A stretch of DNA of 64,000 nucleotides from Saccostrea echinata (lineage: Eukaryota): positions 4,216,001 to 4,280,000 of the forward strand of contig NW_026889807.1 in NCBI RefSeq assembly GCF_033153115.1. Reading direction: 5' to 3'. The notes under the pieces are model-generated. The model ran no database searches, was not told the DNA's origin, and saw only the letters and a program-made list of their open reading frames with translations. The translations under genes and the position numbers were made by a program. Shown in pieces: positions 63,640 to 64,000 of this stretch. Numbering within the stretch: the first letter of the stretch is position 1; every line of letters begins with the position of its first letter.

Positions 63640-63767
63640 GCCTAGATAGCCGAGCGGTCTAGTGCGCTGTTCCTGTACTGCTAGGAGACAGATTCCGTAG
63701 GTCGAGAGTTCAACCCCGAGCTGGGGCGGAAGTGGTATCCTTATAAAAAGTGAATTTTATTTGTGCT

Positions 63768-63772
<5 letters not shown>
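63640..63772 (+). mobile_element. tRNA-derived SINE-like element ending at a (TA)n tract
   Basis: A box TAGCCGAGCGG and B box GTTCAACCC. The 3' segment GTATCCTTATAAAAAGTGAATTT..GTGCTTTCTATAT is also present at 63384-63421. Confidence 0.5.
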
Positions 63773-63838
<66 letters not shown>

Positions 63839-64000
63839 ATAATTCATATCAAGATGCATGATTGTAATGAAATTGAAGCATATCGACTGTTCCAATCTTT
63901 TATGACTTACTTTTAAAGTGTTAATTTGGAATAATCTAACATTGTTTAATAATTATTTTTTTTTTTCTTTTTTCCCAATATCAGCTGTATTTAAATATTC

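Overview
This is AT-rich, intron-containing eukaryotic DNA with two N gaps. It is most likely a bivalve and looks oyster-like, an inference from the repeat types and the TLR style. Host genes: three cathepsin L-type papain proteases (A on +, truncated by the window start, 1-2677; B on -, 8430-4875; C on +, 31315-36495) and a head-to-head pair of single-CDS-exon Toll-like receptors (- 44393-42111; + 52515-54818). The main discovery is a 17.7-kb DNA transposon (12932-30638) between cathepsins B and C. It has TAC...GTA termini, a near-perfect terminal inverted repeat (TIR), a perfect 6-bp target-site duplication (TSD, AACTAC) and long inverted arrays of the 14-bp palindrome CTCGTTATAACGAG. It carries two convergent spliced genes: an IS3/integrase-like DDE transposase, and a cargo gene reading SAM-like / ubiquitin-like / HECT E3 ubiquitin ligase, with the catalytic Cys intact and one frame break. 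The first exon of the cargo gene lies 8 kb from the rest, across an intron filled with nested Helitron/Helentron-type repeats. Two non-autonomous elements with the same TAY...RTA plus 6-bp TSD signature (3337-3868, 62682-62953) also occur; this signature matches my recollection of the IS3EU superfamily. All calls were made by eye, with no database searches.
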